DNA of 64,000 nt from contig JBCNVB010000013.1 in assembly GCA_039630415.1 (NCBI GenBank), positions 96,001 to 160,000 on the forward strand, written 5' to 3'. Positions 58,097-64,000 of this stretch are shown here, piece after piece (position 1 is the first letter of the stretch; the number at the start of each line of letters is the position of its first letter). A model generated the notes under the pieces. The model ran no database searches and was not told the origin of the DNA. It worked only from the letters and a program-made list of their open reading frames with translations. Made by a program: the position numbers and the translations under genes. This stretch comes from a bacterium (lineage in GTDB: Bacteria; DRYD01).

Positions 58097-58687
58097 ATGT
58101 TGATGAAAAATCTTGTATTTGCTTTAGTCTTGTCGATTTTGGTTTATGTCTTTATTGATTTATTTTATACTGATTTACCACCCTATTCTATAGAGCTCGC
58201 TTTAGTTAGGACGTACATATATTTCAATGAACCTACGAAAGTGGAAATATACTCTTTTTTGAAATATCAAAAAAAAGGAGGATGGATTTTAGTACCTAGG
58301 GGAATATATCTAAGCTTTCCACTTGCTCAATCAAATATAAAACAAATTCTTAAACTTAATTATGAAGGTTTTGAAGTTTTACACACGAATGCTAGCTATA
58401 ATGGTTTGCAGGATATGATAGGATTTATAAACTATAAGAAATTTCAAGAGAACTGCCTAATATATTTACAAGAGAAGTTGCAAACACCAAATAAATATAT
58501 TCACTACTTTGATTTACCTTATTTTTGGTCTAATAGAGCTTATGTAGAAAATAATTTAATCATCAGAAAAAGGGAAAACTTAGTCATAATGAATATTCTC
58601 CCTGATAAAGTAAGAGAGAACCAAAATTACAGGATAATATCGATTAAAAATACAAAAAAGGAGAAATTGTCTGTTACAATTTTTTAG
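58097..58687 (+). CDS. hypothetical membrane-anchored protein
   Basis: N-terminal hydrophobic helix; follows previous ORF by 2 nt. Confidence 0.55.
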   Translation: MLMKNLVFALVLSILVYVFIDLFYTDLPPYSIELALVRTYIYFNEPTKVEIYSFLKYQKKGGWILVPRGIYLSFPLAQSNIKQILKLNYEGFEVLHTNASYNGLQDMIGFINYKKFQENCLIYLQEKLQTPNKYIHYFDLPYFWSNRAYVENNLIIRKRENLVIMNILPDKVRENQNYRIISIKNTKKEKLSVTIF

Positions 58688-58776
58688 ACTTAGAGTTAGT
58701 TTTAGACTTAGTTCTTAATTAGCTATAGTTTTTTGAAGAGGAAATTTTTGTTGAAGGTATAACTTTAAATACTAAC

Positions 58777-60033
58777 ATGGAAAGGAAATTATCCTATTTT
58801 TTTGCAATAATAATAGCACTTCTTAGTTTATACTTTGTGTTTCATTTGTTTTATCCGCTTACAAAAGGTTCTGTAGTACCTATAAAACTTGGTTTAGATC
58901 TCAGGTACGGAATCCATATTATGTTGGAAATGTATGATCCTTCCAAGAAAATTCTGACAGAAGGTGAAATGAGACAGATAATAGGTATACTGGAAAGAAG
59001 GCTAAACCCTACAGGTACCTATGAAATAATCATACAGCAGGCTGGGAATAACAGAGTTATCGTAGAAATTCCGGAAATAACCGATACTTCACAAGCTCTG
59101 GAAAGAGTAACAAAAATAGGGAAACTGGAATTCAAAGTAGATGAATACGATCCTAACACCGGTTTAATTACTAAAAAAACTGTTCTTACGGGAGATAGAA
59201 TAATAAAAGCGACAGTAGAGTATGATCCTAATACCCATTATCCTCATGTTGCCTTTACTCTAGATTCGGAGGGAGCTAAAATATTTGAGCAAGTTACAAG
59301 AGAATATTTACAAAAACCTGTATACATTTATTTTGACAATAAAGAGATTTCAGCCCCGGTAGTACAAAGTGTAATTACTGGTGGAAGTGGAATTATTACT
59401 TTGGGCTCTAAAAGTAAAGAAGAAGCTCTCAAAGAAGCTCGTGAGTTAGCCATATATCTTAATGCTGGAAAATTGGATTATCCTCCAAAGGTATTAGAAG
59501 CCTACACTATAGGTCCCACTTTGGGTGAAAAACACCTTAAAAAAAGCTTGCAAGCGGGAATAATAGCTCTCTTGGCTGTTGCCATATTCATGATAGTATT
59601 TTACAGAATACCTGGTTTTGTTGCAGTAATAGCTCTAGTTTTCTATGGCTTACTTTTCTTATGGATAATATCGGTCAGCAGTACAGTACTTACTTTGGGA
59701 TCAATAGCTGGAATTATACTATCAATAGGTATGGCGGTTGATGCAAATATACTGATATTTGAAAGACTAAAAGAGGAGATAAGATCAGGTAAACCCATAA
59801 ATACTTCTCTAGACTTAGCTTTTGCTAGGTCTTTTGATACCATTCTAGATAGTCATTTAACAACCATAATAGCTGCATTGATTCTGATGATATTTGGAAC
59901 TTCGACAATTCAAGGATTTGGTTTTGCTCTTTTGTGGGGAAATGTAGTTAGCTTTTTTACTGCTATATATGTAACAAAGACGGTTATGTACTTCCTGTTT
60001 TATCATAATCCAGAGTGGGTTAAATTAGTATGA
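58777..60033 (+). CDS. secD: protein translocase subunit SecD
   Basis: LGLDL..G, SAPV, IGPTLG, GMAVDANILIFER.KEE, I.GF. Confidence 0.95.
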   Translation: MERKLSYFFAIIIALLSLYFVFHLFYPLTKGSVVPIKLGLDLRYGIHIMLEMYDPSKKILTEGEMRQIIGILERRLNPTGTYEIIIQQAGNNRVIVEIPEITDTSQALERVTKIGKLEFKVDEYDPNTGLITKKTVLTGDRIIKATVEYDPNTHYPHVAFTLDSEGAKIFEQVTREYLQKPVYIYFDNKEISAPVVQSVITGGSGIITLGSKSKEEALKEARELAIYLNAGKLDYPPKVLEAYTIGPTLGEKHLKKSLQAGIIALLAVAIFMIVFYRIPGFVAVIALVFYGLLFLWIISVSSTVLTLGSIAGIILSIGMAVDANILIFERLKEEIRSGKPINTSLDLAFARSFDTILDSHLTTIIAALILMIFGTSTIQGFGFALLWGNVVSFFTAIYVTKTVMYFLFYHNPEWVKLV

Positions 60034-60046
60034 GAAAAATTATACC

Positions 60047-61897
60047 ATGAGAGAGCTTACGGTAAGATCTGTTTTGTTGGGTATTTTTCTAGGTATAGTG
60101 CTAAGTGCTGCAAACGCTTATTTGGGTTTAAAAGCTGGTATGACAGTAGCAGCGGCTATTCCTGCCGCAGTTATATCCATGATAGTACTTACCAAAATAC
60201 TCAAAAACGGTACTATCCTGGAAAACAATATGGTACAAACTATGGCTTCAGTTGCGCAAGCAGTTGCAGCTGGAGTAATATTTACTGTACCAGCTTTTTT
60301 TATTCTCAAATCCCAAAAAGTAATTGATTTTATACCTTCCTATTGGCTTATAGTAATTTTGACATTTATAGGTAGTTTATGGGGAGTTGTATTTATGATA
60401 CTTTTCAGAAGACCACATATAGTTGAGGAACATGATAGTTTACCATATCCAGAAGGTACTGCTTGTGCTGAGGTTCTTAAAACTGGACAAAAAGCAACTG
60501 AAAATGCTAAATTCCTCTTTTTTGGGTTCTTCATAGCTTCTATAGTCAAAATTTTGCAAAATATAAAAATAACTGTTGGTCAGAGTGTTTATAAGATTTT
60601 GGATGATGTTTTTACATTGTCCTTTCAGGTCAAGGGTTTACCTATAGCTTTACAAAAAATAGTGATTTCTGCTGAGTTGTTACCTGCTTTGTTGGGTGTT
60701 GGAATGATGGTTGGTATTAGAATAGGTATAATGGTAGCTACTGGTGCTCTTATAGCTTGGTGGGTTATTATACCGTTAATTGGTATGTTTTATCCTAGTT
60801 TGGATTCCACGCAGATATACAAGGATTACGTAAGATATATAGGTATTGGTGTGATAATAACTGGTGCTATTTTTTCTTTTTTCCAATTTATGCCTATAGT
60901 TTTAAAGGTTATATTGGGTTTTGGGAAGGATTCACAACAAAAAAGTAAGCAAATAAGTTTTCAAAAAGATCCTCATAAGGATTTATGGTATGATAATCCT
61001 AATCATGATAGAGATTTGCCGTTCCCTATTGCTTTTTTATTGATTTTTCTGGGTGGGATTATATTTTTCTTTGTTAATCCGCTGGATAGTTTATTGGGTA
61101 AATTTTTGTCGTTTTTGGTTTTAATTATATTTGCTATTTTATTTACTGCTGTATCATCGTACATAGTTGGGATGGTTGGTTCTAGTAATCAGCCTGTTAG
61201 TGCGATGACTATTTCTACTCTAATTGCTGTGGCTTTAACTTTAAAACTGATAGGTTTAACTGGGCAGATAGGAATAGTTACTGTTTTAGTGGTTTGTGTT
61301 ATAGCTTGTATTTCGTTAGCCATAGCTGGTGATATGTCCCAGGATCTAAAAACAGGTTTTTTGGTCAAGGCTACTCCCTACAATCAACAGATTGTGGGTA
61401 TCATATCTGCTGTTTCATCCAGTTTTTTCTTAAGTTATCTGATTTTTGTTTTAGATAGTGTATATGGTTTTGTTGGTGGCAGTTTACCTGCTCCTCAAGC
61501 TAATCTAATATCTACTTTGGCGCAGAGTATATTTCAAGGAAACGTTAAATGGAATGAGATTATTGTGGGTATGTTTTTGGGGTTAATAGCTAAAATGTTG
61601 GGGTTTTCAGTTTTAGCTTTTGGAGTTGGGGTATATTTGCCTTTGCATCTTTCTTTGCCTATCTTAATAGGAGGTTGGTTTGCTAACTTAATAAAACAAA
61701 AGGAAGAGCAAAAAGTCTTAGTGGCTTCCGGTTTGATAGCGGGAGACACTATATTAGGAATCCTTTTTGTTTTCCTAATAGCATTCAATATTATGCCTCT
61801 AAAAGCTGATATAAATATCTTTCAAAACTTAACGCCATTGATATCGCTTTTTGTTTTCGGATTGATGATATTTCTAATATATAGGAGGTTGAAGTAA
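60047..61897 (+). CDS. OPT family oligopeptide transporter
   Basis: ELTVR, YLGLKAG.TV.A.IP, ILENN, L.YPEG.AC, GSSNQPVS, QDLKTG, APQA. Confidence 0.93.
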   Translation: MRELTVRSVLLGIFLGIVLSAANAYLGLKAGMTVAAAIPAAVISMIVLTKILKNGTILENNMVQTMASVAQAVAAGVIFTVPAFFILKSQKVIDFIPSYWLIVILTFIGSLWGVVFMILFRRPHIVEEHDSLPYPEGTACAEVLKTGQKATENAKFLFFGFFIASIVKILQNIKITVGQSVYKILDDVFTLSFQVKGLPIALQKIVISAELLPALLGVGMMVGIRIGIMVATGALIAWWVIIPLIGMFYPSLDSTQIYKDYVRYIGIGVIITGAIFSFFQFMPIVLKVILGFGKDSQQKSKQISFQKDPHKDLWYDNPNHDRDLPFPIAFLLIFLGGIIFFFVNPLDSLLGKFLSFLVLIIFAILFTAVSSYIVGMVGSSNQPVSAMTISTLIAVALTLKLIGLTGQIGIVTVLVVCVIACISLAIAGDMSQDLKTGFLVKATPYNQQIVGIISAVSSSFFLSYLIFVLDSVYGFVGGSLPAPQANLISTLAQSIFQGNVKWNEIIVGMFLGLIAKMLGFSVLAFGVGVYLPLHLSLPILIGGWFANLIKQKEEQKVLVASGLIAGDTILGILFVFLIAFNIMPLKADINIFQNLTPLISLFVFGLMIFLIYRRLK

Positions 61898-63702
61898 TGA
61901 GAGTCATTTTGTATATATTAGCTTTGGTGTACTTCTTAATTAGGTTTTTTTTTGCTGATATAACACCTGAAAGATTCTTTATATTAGATTACGATGAAGC
62001 GATAGACTTTGTTTCTTCTTATACTGACAATCCTGAGGGGTATGTTGAAGAAAAGATATCACCTAATTTCAATGCTGTTTCGATTCGTTTAAAAAGTTTG
62101 AGTGAGTTAAGGGCTGAAGGTAAAGTAGATTTGGCAACTTTGGAGTCTTTGAGGATTGATCCTAAGTCATGGATGATGCCCCTGTCAAATAGACTATGGG
62201 AGAAACAGGTATGTTTCGCATATTTCCCTTTGGAAAAAGATCTGAGCATGGCGGAAAAAGCACTAAGGTCACTTAAAATAGATTGTGAAAGGTATGGAAA
62301 CATTTTGGTAGTTTACGGTGATAGTAAGTATATTTTCAATCTTCAAATTTTTGTAACCAATGAAATAGAGAGTATATCAAAGGATAAGAAAGTGTTATGG
62401 AGAGTCAGTTCATTGTTGTATAATCTGAGCTATTTAGATGATTTAGTGAAGGCAGGGGATATGATAATATTTACGGGTCCGTTTGTTGCTGGGTATCCTT
62501 CTGAACAGGAAATGAATGAAGTAGTCAAGTACATAGAGTTAAAGGGCTTAACATTTGTTTTTCCAGAGTTTTATGATAGTAGGAGTGTCCAAAGTGGAGC
62601 CAATTTTATTGCCCAAAAAAAAGCTATTAAGCTTTTCAGTACCATAGTTCTAAAGAATAAGACTCCTGAACAAATAATAGGTTCTATAGACACCGCTATT
62701 AATGAGAGAAATTGCCAAGCAGTACTTTTCAGATTCTTTGAAAGATTTTCTCTTTCTCAAAATATTCAGATAATTGAAAGAATTAAGAATCAATTTTATA
62801 CGAATTATCAGGCTGAAAATTATGAATTTTTGCAACTAATTAGCGTTATTAGCTATGTATATTTATTATTTTTTGCTCTTTTGGTTTTTGTAAGCTATAG
62901 TTACTATCATGAAGTAATATCTGCAAACGGATATGTGTTAAATAGTGTGTGGTTTATTGTTATAGCGGTATTGAACAGTGTAGGAATGATTGTTAGTAAA
63001 GTTTTGAAAATATACTGGTTATTTAATTTACTTATAGTTTTGGGAGTAAGTGTTGTTTTAGTGGCTCTATTTTTTAGAATATTTGAGTCGCATAGGGATA
63101 CTTTAGTTAGATATATAGAGATTATTATATGTTCGATTAGCATGGGTGTAATTGTAAATTCTATGATATACGAGAACATGTACGCAGTTGGTATACAGAA
63201 GGTAGGTTTTATAAAATTGCTCCTATTGTTACCGATAGCGTACTCAATTTTTGCGGTTTTTAGTTTAAATGAGATCAGGTTGTTTTTATTGAGGAGGATG
63301 AGAGTCATAGATTTTTTAGGTTTTGTTTTAGCGGTAGGAATTTTGTCATTATACTTGTTAAGAAGTGGTAATTGCGGTATTATTTTCCCATATGAGGATA
63401 AGATAAGGAATTTAATGGATAAGGTATTTATAGCTAGACCAAGATTTAAAGAATTTTTGGTGGGTGATCCTTCTATACTTGCTTCATCATACAGTAAATT
63501 TTTTATACCTTTGGCATTTATTGGGGTTGTTAGTATAGTTGATAGTTTTCTTCATATACATACTCCTATTTTTTATAGTTTGTTAAGGACGATATGGGGT
63601 GCAGTTATTGGATTTGTATTGTTTTTGATCGTAAAAAGGATAATAGAGGTGAAAATGGGTAAGGGTAGTAAAATAAATAGTGGGTATGGAGAACAGAAAT
63701 GA
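61897..63702 (+). CDS. DUF5693-like membrane protein
   Basis: Periplasmic N-region then multi-TM; RSGN, RPRFKEFL.G.P, F.HIHTP....LR. Confidence 0.7.
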   Translation: MRVILYILALVYFLIRFFFADITPERFFILDYDEAIDFVSSYTDNPEGYVEEKISPNFNAVSIRLKSLSELRAEGKVDLATLESLRIDPKSWMMPLSNRLWEKQVCFAYFPLEKDLSMAEKALRSLKIDCERYGNILVVYGDSKYIFNLQIFVTNEIESISKDKKVLWRVSSLLYNLSYLDDLVKAGDMIIFTGPFVAGYPSEQEMNEVVKYIELKGLTFVFPEFYDSRSVQSGANFIAQKKAIKLFSTIVLKNKTPEQIIGSIDTAINERNCQAVLFRFFERFSLSQNIQIIERIKNQFYTNYQAENYEFLQLISVISYVYLLFFALLVFVSYSYYHEVISANGYVLNSVWFIVIAVLNSVGMIVSKVLKIYWLFNLLIVLGVSVVLVALFFRIFESHRDTLVRYIEIIICSISMGVIVNSMIYENMYAVGIQKVGFIKLLLLLPIAYSIFAVFSLNEIRLFLLRRMRVIDFLGFVLAVGILSLYLLRSGNCGIIFPYEDKIRNLMDKVFIARPRFKEFLVGDPSILASSYSKFFIPLAFIGVVSIVDSFLHIHTPIFYSLLRTIWGAVIGFVLFLIVKRIIEVKMGKGSKINSGYGEQK

Positions 63703-63764
63703 AGTGCCTAACAGGGGCCTAAAATAATACCTGTTGCGCCCAAAAGTGCCTGAAGGAGGAGTGA

Positions 63765-64000
63765 GTGAGTAAGCTGTTTGTAGGGAATCTCAGTTATCAA
63801 TTAAGCGAAGAAGAACTTAAAAAAACATTCGAAGCATACGGAAATATAAAAGAAGTAAGATTACTTCAAAATAAAGGATTTGGATTTGTTGAATTCGAAT
63901 CTGACGAATCAGCACAAAAAGCAATGGAAGAACTAAATGGCAAAGAGCTCAGAGGAAGAAAAATTAGAGTAGAAATGGCTAGACCAAGACAATCAAATCC
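63765..64000 (+). CDS. RRM (RNP-1) RNA-binding protein, 3' end beyond window
   Basis: Not in the ORF track; AAGGAGGA RBS, GTG 63765: MSKLFVGNLSY...KGFGFVEF...LNGKELRGRKIRVEMARPR. Confidence 0.93.
   Translation, partial: MSKLFVGNLSYQLSEEELKKTFEAYGNIKEVRLLQNKGFGFVEFESDESAQKAMEELNGKELRGRKIRVEMARPRQSN

Noticed and set aside
3956-63308. Many short antisense or nested ORFs in the track (e.g. 3956-4213, 9618-9998, 16662-17039, 17843-18277, 53419-53736, 56273-56608, 56951-57286, 62907-63308)
   Set aside because: They lie on the opposite strand of well-supported genes and have no recognisable motifs; shadow ORFs
1-64000. tRNA genes, IS elements, prophage or integrase
   Set aside because: No cloverleaf-like GC-rich island other than the 5S gene, and no transposase, integrase or phage protein motifs recognised

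Overview
AT-rich bacterial chromosome segment with standard genetic code, dense genes and scrambled gene order. The organism is diderm (lptB, lgt) and probably a thermophilic, deep-branching lineage (inference only). Most genes are housekeeping: leuB, valS, clpX, secA, secD, serS, fabD/fabG, ddl, mutS2, rpe, coaE, galT, pdxH, rsmI, tlyA, wecB, pilT, plus a stand-alone 5S rRNA. No CRISPR array, tRNA, integrase or transposase was recognised. The main signal is a dispersed candidate regulon marked by an 11-bp-period direct repeat, TTHACA-N5-TTHACA-WTTR. It was found at six intergenic sites, always oriented with the downstream gene and 56-59 nt from the start codon in four cases. It links a rearranged, divergent flagellar rod cluster (flgB-fliE-flgC) to orphan genes lacking signal peptides: an expanded family of thermolysin-like HEXXH metalloproteases (5 domains in 4 genes, one next to flgB), a coiled-coil/hydrophobic-hairpin protein, a beta-helix protein and low-complexity proteins. 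The working hypothesis is a flagellum-derived type III export system with co-regulated cargo. Other oddities include an A9-frameshifted glycosyltransferase, a lipoprotein with one in-frame TGA, a flotillin with a doubled SPFH domain and several domain-trimmed housekeeping proteins.
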